Shown here in pieces: positions 8,277 through 17,353 of a stretch of 32,000 nt of DNA. The notes beneath the pieces are model-generated. The model searched no databases and was not told the DNA's origin. It saw nothing but the letters and a program-made list of their open reading frames with translations. The position numbers and the translations under genes are program-made. Origin of the DNA: Candidatus Baldrarchaeum yapensis (GTDB lineage Archaea; Asgardarchaeota; Baldrarchaeia; Baldrarchaeales; Baldrarchaeaceae). The stretch lies in assembly GCA_016840465.1 (NCBI GenBank), contig JAEOSH010000010.1, positions 1 through 32,000 on the forward strand, written 5' to 3'. The stretch's first letter is position 1. Each line of letters starts with the position of its first letter.

Positions 8277-9458
8277 TCACCCCATCGCCTCATGTAAAAG
8301 CTCAGGGAGATCCGTTACCCTTATACCAACGTCTTTCAGCTCCTCACTCTTTGCAAGCACACTGTTGAGATGATAATTGCACAGCGGACACGCAGTGATT
8401 ATCCTACTCACGCCGAGTCTTGCGGCATCCTCGATTATTTTCTTTGCAACCATGTCCGCTAGCTGCCTGTATGCCGCCTTTACACCGCTAGGCGCGCCAC
8501 AACAATAAGCCTTTTCTCGAGTCCTCTCCATCTCGACGAGTTCAATCCCGCTTATATGTTCAATAACCCTTCTCGGAACGTCGTATTTCTTCGTAAATTT
8601 TGTAAAGTGACATGGGTCGAGTATTGTCACTTTCTCCTCTATCTTCCTAGTTAGGCGGATTTTCCCCGCCTCTAACAACTCCAAGAGTACCTCGGAAATG
8701 TGTAACACCTCGAAGTTCGGCCTTCTGGAAACTATTGGGTATACATGAGTATAGGTGAAGTAGCACGCCGCGCACGCAAACACAACCCTACTGACCCCTA
8801 ATTCCTCGATAGTTGACAGATTTTTCTCCGCGATCCTCTTAACCTCGCTTATTAAACCGTTATCGTACAAAAAGAGACCGCAACATCTCTCATTCTCGCC
8901 CAATATCGAAAAACTCTCCCCCGCCCGCCTTAATATGTCCACCGTCGCATGCCCTATTCTCTGCAACCTGAATGGTATCATACAGCCGACCAAGTAAAGC
9001 ATATCCGCTCTCACTGGAATCTGAAAATCACCTGGAACCCAACTCTTCCAAAACTCCGGCCCCTTCCCAACCATAGACCCACTTTCCACAATGTTATTGC
9101 AAATTCTCGCAATGGGCTCCGGTATTAAGCCTCGCTCTATCGAGAGCCTCCGCAACACCCTCGTTATGTCCGGTATGGGTATGTCATTGGGACAAACGGG
9201 TACACAAGTTCCACAACAGGTACATGTATAGATGGTGTCGACGATCTTGGAAGGCTTAGTTGTCCCCTTAAGGATAGACTTCGCCCCGAGAACTCTACTC
9301 ATGGGCGAGTACTCCTTTCTATTACTTACGATGTAGAGGGAGCACGCCGTCCCACAAGCCTCGCACTCGGTACATTTCTCCAAAAGCTCTTTATACTCGC
9401 CAAGTATCCTGATGGCACTTGCGCCGGAACCCTCCACGCGCTTAACTCCGCCTCCCAT
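8277..9458 (-). CDS. Fe-S oxidoreductase, HdrD/GlpC-like (2x[4Fe-4S] plus two CCG domains)
   Basis: CTECEACGTAC and CTCCGTCVPVCP ferredoxin motifs, VGC, ERCCG, ACAAC, DPCH, YCCG and TACPLC. The start is uncertain (9473, 9458 or 9437). Confidence 0.85.
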   Translation of the reverse strand: MGGGVKRVEGSGASAIRILGEYKELLEKCTECEACGTACSLYIVSNRKEYSPMSRVLGAKSILKGTTKPSKIVDTIYTCTCCGTCVPVCPNDIPIPDITRVLRRLSIERGLIPEPIARICNNIVESGSMVGKGPEFWKSWVPGDFQIPVRADMLYLVGCMIPFRLQRIGHATVDILRRAGESFSILGENERCCGLFLYDNGLISEVKRIAEKNLSTIEELGVSRVVFACAACYFTYTHVYPIVSRRPNFEVLHISEVLLELLEAGKIRLTRKIEEKVTILDPCHFTKFTKKYDVPRRVIEHISGIELVEMERTREKAYCCGAPSGVKAAYRQLADMVAKKIIEDAARLGVSRIITACPLCNYHLNSVLAKSEELKDVGIRVTDLPELLHEAMG

Positions 9459-9714
9459 GCAACCACGTCCCAACCACTATCAAAGGTATCAAGAGGCATC
9501 CTTCTCATAAATACCTCTGCTCAGTAACCATTAGGATACTATGTCATACCGGAGCGTCAAGAAGCCCAAAGGATCTTTCACATTTTGGATCATGATTCAC
9601 ACATCGATAACTGTGGGGTCGTGCTCCTGCAAAAGATCGTCTTAAAGATTGGCATTACCATTTTATATCCGAAACATTGTTTCATTGATACGTCGAGGTG
9701 ATGGTGGTAATCAG

Positions 9715-10485
9715 ATGTTTAGAAGGATGTTTCTCGAGGTTGTATTGAGCGTCGATGAGAATAATAAAGTCGCAAAACTTTTAAATATGCTGAAAAACAG
9801 CGGGATCGATGTTTGGGACTACCAAAAGATAACACCACCCGGCATTACTATCAAAATTGCAACCCCACCTGATCGCAAACTCGTTGATCAAGTGATAAAC
9901 ACAATTGCGGAACTGGCGTCTGCAGTGGACATTACAAGTACATCAATGAGCATATGTCGTATAACTTTGTGTACACTCGTAAAACTAGGTGGCGCCTTCG
10001 TCGAAATGGTAAAGGCAAATATAGAAGAGGGAATAAAGGCATATCTCAAAGACATGGTTTCGGACAGCGGAATTGGTCTTTCGGTGGCATCAATGGGCAT
10101 AAGACTCGGCAGGATATCATACAAACTCATGGGAGCGTCCGTTCGTCTGGTACCCGTGGATATGAGAAAAATAATCCATGGCGTAATCCAAGAACTGGTC
10201 ACCGACGCCGCCAAAACACAACTTTTGAGCATCATCTCGCAAGAACTCTCTAATGAAAACATCTATGTAATAAAAGTGTCTGCAGATGACGCAAACACTG
10301 TGGAACGCACATTCGAGATTATGCACAGAATGAATATGATAAAGGAAGTGAACAGAGAGGATATTCACAATATGGTCTCCAAAATACTTGAAAGTTTGAA
10401 GGCCACCGTTCCACGTCGAAATACCGAAAGGATAATCGACGAGATAGCATCCCGGATAGAAATCTACGTCGCACCCGATACCTGA
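9715..10485 (+). CDS. hypothetical protein, possible N-terminal ACT-like domain
   Basis: 257-codon ORF with a GGTGATGGTGG SD-like sequence before ATG 9715 (the track's TTG 9649 start looks too early); alternating beta/alpha pattern in the first ~70 aa. Confidence 0.65.
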   Translation: MFRRMFLEVVLSVDENNKVAKLLNMLKNSGIDVWDYQKITPPGITIKIATPPDRKLVDQVINTIAELASAVDITSTSMSICRITLCTLVKLGGAFVEMVKANIEEGIKAYLKDMVSDSGIGLSVASMGIRLGRISYKLMGASVRLVPVDMRKIIHGVIQELVTDAAKTQLLSIISQELSNENIYVIKVSADDANTVERTFEIMHRMNMIKEVNREDIHNMVSKILESLKATVPRRNTERIIDEIASRIEIYVAPDT

Positions 10486-10517
10486 GCATTAACGAAAGAA
10501 AAAATGAAGCGGGAGGC

Positions 10518-10949
10518 TTATCGTGGCCTCCTTCTTTTCCTAGCTTCCCGTCTAGCAACATCCGCTCTTCTTCCGCGCGCCCTCGGCGGAAGCCTCTCGC
10601 TCATGTCATTGTCCTCGAAAACCTCGATATCCTCTCCGCCCACAACCTCTATGGAACCGTATCTCCCAACTGCCAGTTGCATTCTTCCTCTGAAAATTGC
10701 CACATATGCGTTTGTCAACTTTATGATATCTCCCACAGAAACCAAATCTATCGCGTCGTCCCACAGCGCCATCTTAATGATTCCCGTCTCATCTCCCACA
10801 ACGGCATCCGCAACCCTGTGCCTGCTCCCATCCCTTCTGCTAACGACAGTACGCGGCTCGTCTATGCTCAGAACCTTCACACGAAGGTTCACATGCCTGT
10901 GCTTGGGCGTCAGATCGGAAATTTTAACATCTATAGGCTCGCGGCTCAC
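10518..10949 (-). CDS. ssb: single-stranded DNA-binding protein, single OB fold, paralog 2
   Basis: Aligns by eye with 4798..5268 (VNLRVKVL, VVSRRDGSRHRVADAVVGDETG, LW, GRYG); Arg-rich tail; GTG start with GAGGTTGA SD. Confidence 0.85.
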   Translation of the reverse strand: MSREPIDVKISDLTPKHRHVNLRVKVLSIDEPRTVVSRRDGSRHRVADAVVGDETGIIKMALWDDAIDLVSVGDIIKLTNAYVAIFRGRMQLAVGRYGSIEVVGGEDIEVFEDNDMSERLPPRARGRRADVARREARKRRRPR

Positions 10950-10971
10950 GTCTTCAACCTCTTCTTGTGAA

Positions 10972-11026
10972 CTCCATCCCGAAAAATCGGGAGGAGACTT
11001 GTGATATCGGCGGATTTACTATATAA
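10972..11026 (-). promoter_or_regulatory. TATA box and 5'-leader hairpin of ssb paralog 2
   Basis: Minus-strand TTTATATA (11026-11019), then hairpin CTCCTCCCGA-TTTT-TCGGGA(T)GGAG (10996-10972). Confidence 0.5.
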
Positions 11027-11290
11027 ATGTTGATATTGAAGAAGACCACAATCACAGACACAAAGTACCTGGGGCATTGGTCTAGAATGCCCTCACCGAC
11101 ATCATATCGTTAAAGGTTGTTATTTTCCCGAATATTTTCTAATTCGTAGAATCCACGCTCGAAATATTTTTTGATAAATATTTTCGATATTTTATGTGAG
11201 CAGCGCTTCAGGGGTGCTGATAAAAAAGCGTTTAATAAAACAAGCAGTGACAATGTATTATCATGAAAGACGTCCGAGGAGAAAAACTCG

Positions 11291-11806
11291 GTGACTACTT
11301 TGAATAACATCGAAATCGTTAACGGATGGCTAAAACTAGCCATAGAGGACTGGAATGCGGCAAAGAGAATGAGTATAGAGGAAAATCGAGGAGCAATCGT
11401 ATTCCACTTACAGCAATTCGTCGAAAAGGTAACTAAAGCCATTATAGCCGCTCTGGGATATGAGCCGCCTAAAACGCATAATCCCTCGAGGGACCTAGAA
11501 AACATTCTGCTTGACATCTCAGCTGGTGAAATCAAACTTGACATAAGAAGAGAAATTATGAACGACCTGAAAGTATTAATCTCCATTGCAAAAACATTTG
11601 AGGACGAGAAAACCCGCCCAAGGTACGGAGTAAGACATGCCCAAAGGATAATCACGCCGAACGAGTACTACTCCCCGATGCATGTGAAACTTTTCCTCGA
11701 GGACGCGAAATTCATAGCTAAACTCAGTTATAAAATCCTAAATTTTCTTAAGATGTGCCGAGGTGAGGAGTGTGAGAAACTTAGAACGATCGGGGAAGAT
11801 CCTTAA
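11291..11806 (+). CDS. HEPN domain protein (putative toxin)
   Basis: WLKLAIEDWNAA, FHLQQFVEKVTKA, KTHNP and RY motifs typical of archaeal HEPN; paired with MNT. Confidence 0.85.
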   Translation: MTTLNNIEIVNGWLKLAIEDWNAAKRMSIEENRGAIVFHLQQFVEKVTKAIIAALGYEPPKTHNPSRDLENILLDISAGEIKLDIRREIMNDLKVLISIAKTFEDEKTRPRYGVRHAQRIITPNEYYSPMHVKLFLEDAKFIAKLSYKILNFLKMCRGEECEKLRTIGEDP

Positions 11807-12287
11807 GGAAATTGTGAAAAAGTTGTCAGAAACAAAACTTCCCAAGAAGTACGTAAAATACGTGATTGACTACTTGGTCGGACTATCAAAGCACGTAGAT
11901 GTGCAGGGCGTGCTCCTCTACGGATCCTTCGTTTGGGGGAGACCGAGACTCGACAGCGATATCGACCTTATAATAGTCTCTAAGGACTTCGCGGTGAATA
12001 GAGATGAATTGCTCCTACTAAAAAGGAGAATACGAGGAAGCCTGCCCGCAATTATCGACTCCCTCTGGGTCTCCGAAAATGAACTGGAGGAAATGTTTAG
12101 GGGCTTCACCGGATTCGTCCTAGACGCAATCTATAAGGGAAAAGTGCTGTACGACGAAACCGGAATTTTCGAAAAATTGAGGAATAGACTCTTAGAAGCC
12201 CTGAAAAAGAAGAAAATACAGCGCCATAGAGGGATGTGGAGAATACCAATTTCATATCCGGGCGAAATTGTAGAAATTGAACTTTAA
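11772..12287 (+). CDS. minimal nucleotidyltransferase (MNT; putative antitoxin)
   Basis: LLYGSFVWG...DSDIDLIIVS (GS-x10-DxD) and GKVLYD; GAGGTGAGGAG SD before GTG 11772; overlaps the HEPN 3' end. Confidence 0.85.
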   Translation: MRNLERSGKILKEIVKKLSETKLPKKYVKYVIDYLVGLSKHVDVQGVLLYGSFVWGRPRLDSDIDLIIVSKDFAVNRDELLLLKRRIRGSLPAIIDSLWVSENELEEMFRGFTGFVLDAIYKGKVLYDETGIFEKLRNRLLEALKKKKIQRHRGMWRIPISYPGEIVEIEL

Positions 12288-12744
12288 TTGATATCTAATT
12301 AGTATCTTCGTTAATTCCTCAGGAACTTTATTAATTTCGCTTTTAAATAGCTGGTAGGCCTTTAATTGTCCTAATCGACCTTATTATGAGCGACCATCGC
12401 TCCTATACCGTATGAAAAACTCTTCATAGATAATTTGAATATCGGATAATTTTATACGAAATTTGATAATAAATCCTCGAAAAACTTGAAGATGAGGTCT
12501 CAATATGGATATGGACTAATACTGTGGCATTAAGGGAGTTCTGCACAATTATGGTACGAATCGGAACATGGGCGTTTTTGCCGATCTGATCCCATAGTAT
12601 TGATATTTTATCCCGTTAAATATTATTTGTAGTGCGACCGTAGTCAGAAGATATTAGTACCGGGCAGGGTAATATATCGAGGAGAGACTCCCTCTCGAGG
12701 AACTCGTGGATCGTGAAGGCGAAACCGCCCCCGCTTACTTGGAG

Positions 12745-13191
12745 ATGGACAGTATGGGATCCGAATATGGGATCGACGACATAGATAGGAAAATAATCGA
12801 CATTCTCATGAAGGACGCAAGAACCCCCTACCTTGAAATCGCCAGAATCCTAAAAATAAGCGAGGCGACCGTCAGAAAGCGCGTGAGGAGCCTCGAAAGC
12901 CGGGGCATCATAAAGGGCTATACGATAAAGGTTGACGAAAAGAAGCTTGGATATAAGGTGGTGGCGCTAGTAGGAGTGGATGCCGACCCGGCAACCTTCA
13001 TAAACGTCGCAAGGGAGATTGCAGAAATGGAAGAGGCAAGAATGGTCGCCGTCAGCAGTGGGGACCACATGATAATGGCCGAAATATGGGCAAAGGATCC
13101 AGACCACTTTTCGTCGATAATAGAGCGGATTTCTAGAATGAATGGCGTCAAGAGGATATGCCCCGCTGTCATCTTAGAAAGAATAAAGTGA
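12745..13191 (+). CDS. Lrp/AsnC family transcriptional regulator
   Basis: IDDIDRKII..L..DAR.PY.EIA HTH, VRKRVRSLE..GIIKGY, and C-terminal RAM domain SSGDHMI. Start is ATG 12745 or 12754. Confidence 0.9.
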   Translation: MDSMGSEYGIDDIDRKIIDILMKDARTPYLEIARILKISEATVRKRVRSLESRGIIKGYTIKVDEKKLGYKVVALVGVDADPATFINVAREIAEMEEARMVAVSSGDHMIMAEIWAKDPDHFSSIIERISRMNGVKRICPAVILERIK

Positions 13192-13282
13192 CGCAAACCT
13201 CTTTTTTGTCAAAGATGATACGAATTTCCATATAGTAATTTTATAATGCGTGAAATTTTATTTGAAATTCGGGGTGAAATGT

Positions 13283-13786
13283 ATGAAAACCATGACAGAG
13301 AGGGCTCTTAAAGAAGCCTTTGCTGGTGAAAGTCAGGCGCATGTACGCTACCTAATATTCGCCGAAGAGGCGGAAAAGAGGAGATTCGAGAACATAGCGA
13401 GACTATTCCGGGCAATCGCATTCTCCGAATACATACACGCCAAAAACCATTTAAAGGCTCTCGGCGGGATAAAAGAAACTGTTGATAATTTGCAGGCCGC
13501 AATAAACGGGGAGACTTTCGAAGTTGAGGAAATGTACCCGGCATATAGTGCAGTTGCGGAAACTCAAGGGGAAAGGGAGGCCCAAAGGGTGATAAAATGG
13601 GCTCTCGAGGCAGAAAAGATACATGCATCCCTTTATGAGAAGGCAAAAAGCGTAGCATCCGAGAAGAGGGATATCAGCATAGGGAAGATATACGTGTGCG
13701 AGAGATGTGGATACACGGTAGAGGGTGGAGCTCCCGAAAGATGCCCCGTATGCGGCGCCCCCAAGGAAAGGTTTAAGGAATTCTGA
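13283..13786 (+). CDS. rbr: rubrerythrin
   Basis: AFAGESQA, EYIHA, GETFE..EMY and EKIH diiron ligands; C-terminal CERC/CPVC rubredoxin-like domain; GGGGTGA SD before ATG 13283. Confidence 0.92.
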   Translation: MKTMTERALKEAFAGESQAHVRYLIFAEEAEKRRFENIARLFRAIAFSEYIHAKNHLKALGGIKETVDNLQAAINGETFEVEEMYPAYSAVAETQGEREAQRVIKWALEAEKIHASLYEKAKSVASEKRDISIGKIYVCERCGYTVEGGAPERCPVCGAPKERFKEF

Positions 13787-13934
13787 CTACGTCAATTCTT
13801 CCTCTATTTTTGTAAAAAGCGTCTGATCGATACTGCCGTCTTGGCCTTTTAAGAATATGAGACACCAACGTGACCGCAAAGAGGCGAAGATGTACTGACA
13901 AACAACTGTAATACGGCGCAGCGGAATTCCATTT

Positions 13935-14412
13935 AGGCATATTGGCGGTTATGAATGCGTTCCATACGCGGCCTACAGACTCATTCAAAATTCAAATAAG
14001 TCTCCTAAGATCTTGATAAGGGTCACAACCTATGGTAACTTTGTGATGTCCGCCGCGTGGCTTCTCCGTGTACATCACGACTCTGCAATCTTTCAGCTGA
14101 GAAAAATAGGAATGCACAACACAGAGAAACTCAACGATCTGCTTGATGATCGTTACTAAAGTGTTCTTCCGTATGCGCGGCAGGAAGATCCATTACTAGG
14201 AAGATGCGGAGATCATGGGCGTACTTACATAACATTGCGTTAAATGTTTTTTGTTGCTGGTCATTGATTTATCTTTCGTATGTTTACCTGATTTCGCGTT
14301 GTGTTTTCTCTCTATACTGTGTTTTCTCTTCTTCGAGTGAGTTATCGATGTGGGGCAGTTCGTGCTGGTGTTTTTGGAGTTTACATGATATTGCATAGGA
14401 TCACACTCGCCG
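13935..14412 (-). pseudogene. possible heavily decayed tnpB (IS200/IS605-type) remnant
   Basis: One minus-strand frame with several stops reads KLQK...REIR*TYER*IND..K..NA...YAHDLRIFLVMDL, then RTSQ 47 codons later and FE*VC...MER 20 codons after that. This spacing resembles TnpB, but the intervening residues are poor. Confidence 0.3.
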
Positions 14413-14546
14413 TACCGTATTTCAGTTGCTCTGCTGATTCACAGTTCATTGCATGATAGAAATGTCTATTCCTCGGAAAGTTTCAAAAGTACAATTGAAG
14501 AACATAAAAACAAGTGAAATCAGAAAAACTAGATATGGTGAGTCGA

Positions 14547-15347
14547 ATGGGAGAGTCTAAAATTTCATGGAGAGAAAAATCAATAGACTTGGAGACTCTT
14601 CTTAGACTGCGAACTCCCCCGGTTGCAGTAAAACTGTTAGAAGATGAAAATTTTCCTCCAGGAACGATCCGTCCCTCTCAAATGGGAATAGAGATAACAA
14701 TATGCCAGGCGATCACCGCAGCACGCCACATGTTTCAGACTATCGGAATGAGCGCCGATGACAATGCATGTCCTCCATCAATGTTCCCATTTGGTTGGGC
14801 TGAAATTGAGGACTCGAATGCTCTTATAGAATTCTTCAAAAAGGCGGGACACGGAGCAAGCGATGACGCAATAGTTGAAATAATCTCTAAACTTCCAACA
14901 CTGGAGCCGGGAAAGTACCCTGCTCTCTTAATCGCACCTCTGCGTAGGTGCACGTTCCAGCCTGACGTCATAATGATTTTCGGAAATGCAGCACAAGTCG
15001 GACGCTTGATCTTTGCAAGAACGTACCTCGGAGGGGGAGCGTTAAAAGCGGAAATGATATCAAGAGCAGCGAGTTGCGCTGAGGGAATAATAAGGCCATT
15101 TAAGAGCAGAGATTGCGCGGTCACAATTCCGGGCGGCGGCGATAGAGTCTTTGCATCAATAGACGACGATGAACTCATATTCTCGTTCCACGTGGAGTGG
15201 CTGGACAGAATTATAGAGGGACTGAAAAACGCGGGTAGAGGCATCGGCTTAAGGTATCCTATGCCCCGATTCATGATGTATAAACCTGTCTTCCCACAAG
15301 AGTTTCAGAAATTAAGGTCAAAGATGAAAATTATCAAGCGAAAATAG
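14547..15347 (+). CDS. DUF169 family protein
   Basis: PVAVK, ICQAI, ACPP, PDVIMIFGNAAQ, SCAE and PGGGDR motifs; GGTGA SD before ATG 14547. Confidence 0.8.
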   Translation: MGESKISWREKSIDLETLLRLRTPPVAVKLLEDENFPPGTIRPSQMGIEITICQAITAARHMFQTIGMSADDNACPPSMFPFGWAEIEDSNALIEFFKKAGHGASDDAIVEIISKLPTLEPGKYPALLIAPLRRCTFQPDVIMIFGNAAQVGRLIFARTYLGGGALKAEMISRAASCAEGIIRPFKSRDCAVTIPGGGDRVFASIDDDELIFSFHVEWLDRIIEGLKNAGRGIGLRYPMPRFMMYKPVFPQEFQKLRSKMKIIKRK

Positions 15348-15365
15348 CACATTTTTTGAAAGCAA

Positions 15366-16382
15366 TCATCTTTTAATATATTCACTTAATGTCAACGTTT
15401 CCGCTTTATGACATGCAACGAGATGTCCGTCCTCGATCTCGACCAATGAGGGTTCCTCCTTCATGCATATTTTCTCTGCAAAAGGACATCTCGGGTGAAA
15501 TCTACATCCAGGTGGTGGATTTATAGGACTTGGAACCTCTCCTTTCACTATCACTTTCACTCCACGTTTCCGCGGATCGGGTATAGGGACTGCGGCAAGA
15601 AGAGCCGCCGTGTACGGATGCCTAGGGTTCTCAAATATTTGCTCTAGGGTTCCGAGTTCCACTATCTTTCCGAGGTACATTATCGCGATTCTGTTACAAA
15701 TGTACTTGGCTGTTGCCAGATCGTGCGTTATGTAAAGGTATGTCAGGTTAAACTCCCTCTTAAGGTCCATCATCAGATGTAAAATGTCCGCCCGCATCGA
15801 AACGTCTATCATCGATGTAGGTTCATCCGCAACAACAAACTCGGGCCTAAGAATAAGTGCTCTTGCAATCGCAACTCGTTGTCTTTGCCCTCCGCTTAAC
15901 TGATGCGGATACTTATCGTAAAATGTCTCGGGCGGGGACAACCCCACGCGGCTCAACATTTCTAGAACCATTTCTTTAGCCTCTTTCTTCGTTGCGACAT
16001 GATGTATGAGTAGAGGGTGTGCTATTGCGTCTCCCACCTTCATCCTGGGATTGAGGGATGCATAGGGATCCTGATATATTATCTGCATGCGTCGCCTGAA
16101 CTTTCGAAGCTCTTTCCCCTTGAGCGAGAGAAGATCCAAGTTGTCGAAGAAGATCTTTCCACTTGTAGGCTCTATTAGCCTCAAAAGAAGCTTTCCCGTC
16201 GTCGTCTTTCCGCATCCACTCTCTCCTACAAGCCCAAAAACCTCTCCGCGAAATATCTCGAAACTTATACCATCCACCGCATGTACATAATCGATTCTCC
16301 GCGCGAATAACCTCTCCAAGAATGACCTCTGAACCGGGAAGTACTTTTTAAGATCCTTAACCCTCACTAGCACATCAGGCAT
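15366..16382 (-). CDS. dppF: oligopeptide/dipeptide ABC transporter ATP-binding protein (OppF/DppF)
   Basis: GESGCGKTT, LSGGQRQR, VADEPT, HDL, HPYT and CRFHPRC motifs; ATG 16382 overlaps the upstream ORF end. Confidence 0.92.
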   Translation of the reverse strand: MPDVLVRVKDLKKYFPVQRSFLERLFARRIDYVHAVDGISFEIFRGEVFGLVGESGCGKTTTGKLLLRLIEPTSGKIFFDNLDLLSLKGKELRKFRRRMQIIYQDPYASLNPRMKVGDAIAHPLLIHHVATKKEAKEMVLEMLSRVGLSPPETFYDKYPHQLSGGQRQRVAIARALILRPEFVVADEPTSMIDVSMRADILHLMMDLKREFNLTYLYITHDLATAKYICNRIAIMYLGKIVELGTLEQIFENPRHPYTAALLAAVPIPDPRKRGVKVIVKGEVPSPINPPPGCRFHPRCPFAEKICMKEEPSLVEIEDGHLVACHKAETLTLSEYIKR

Positions 16383-17352
16383 TGCGACCACCATATCTGA
16401 AGCACTTAACAAATCTCCCTTTCTCAATCTCCACCATCGGTGGGTCCTGCTCTTTACAAATGTCCATGGCGTACGGGCAACGCGGGTGGAATCTGCAGCC
16501 GGGCGGCGGATTTATCAGGTCAGGAGGCATACCGGGAATGGATTGCAGTTTCTGCTGCTTCACATCTATCCTCGGAATCGACGCTAATAATCCCTCAGTG
16601 TAGGGATGAAACGGCTCTTCGAAGATCTTAATAGTATCGGCGAACTCCACAAGTTTCCCCGCGTACATCACAGCAACCCTGTCCGTCAACTCCGAAACAA
16701 TGCTCAGGTCATGTGTTATCAGTATCATGGACATATTAAACTTCTTCTTGAGATCCTTAAGTAATTCTAATATCTGTGCCTGCACTATGACGTCAAGTGC
16801 GGTAGTCGGCTCATCAGCAATTACCAAATCTGGATTTAGAATCAATGCGAGTGCAATCATTATCCGTTGACGCATACCGCCACTGAACTGGTGCGGATAA
16901 TCGTGTATCCTCTCCTTTTCTATTCCTAACATCTCAACTATTTGCTCAGCCCTTTTTAGGGCCTCATCCCTGCTTACGTTCTCATGGGTCATTACCGTTT
17001 CAATGAGGTGATCCCGAATCCTCATGAGCGGGTTAAGAGATGTCATTGGATCCTGAAATATCATGGAAATTCTGCGCCCTCTTATCCTTCGCATCTCCTC
17101 CTCGCTCTTCTCTAACAGGTTTTCGCCATCGAAGATTATCTTACCCCGAACTATTCTCCCGTTCGGAGGTAATAACCTCATTATTGAAAGCCCGACCGTA
17201 GTTTTACCACAACCCGATTCTCCAACAAGTCCTACAGTCTCTCCCCTTCTAATGAGAAGGTTAACATCGTCCACTGCCTTGACAACACCTGCTCGTGTGT
17301 AATATTCTACCTTCAGGCCTTCAATCTTCAGGAGCACATTGTCGTGACTCAA
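16375..17352 (-). CDS. dppD: oligopeptide/dipeptide ABC transporter ATP-binding protein (OppD/DppD)
   Basis: GESGCGKTT, IFQDPMTSLNP, FSGGMRQR, IADEPTTALD and CRFHPRC motifs. Confidence 0.92.
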   Translation of the reverse strand: MSHDNVLLKIEGLKVEYYTRAGVVKAVDDVNLLIRRGETVGLVGESGCGKTTVGLSIMRLLPPNGRIVRGKIIFDGENLLEKSEEEMRRIRGRRISMIFQDPMTSLNPLMRIRDHLIETVMTHENVSRDEALKRAEQIVEMLGIEKERIHDYPHQFSGGMRQRIMIALALILNPDLVIADEPTTALDVIVQAQILELLKDLKKKFNMSMILITHDLSIVSELTDRVAVMYAGKLVEFADTIKIFEEPFHPYTEGLLASIPRIDVKQQKLQSIPGMPPDLINPPPGCRFHPRCPYAMDICKEQDPPMVEIEKGRFVKCFRYGGRNA

Positions 17353-17353
17353 C

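Noticed and set aside
12288-12705. Pseudogene or small gene in the AT-rich gap between MNT and Lrp
   Set aside because: A minus frame (QISYKLSD...**GRLGQLKAYQLF...) is interrupted, has no start and no recognisable motif. The imperfect palindrome at ~12677-12698 is too weak to call.
14196-14398. Short ORFs 14196..14396 (-) and 14204..14398 (+) as real genes
   Set aside because: They have no SD, low-complexity composition and no motifs; a decayed element or neutral sequence explains them better.
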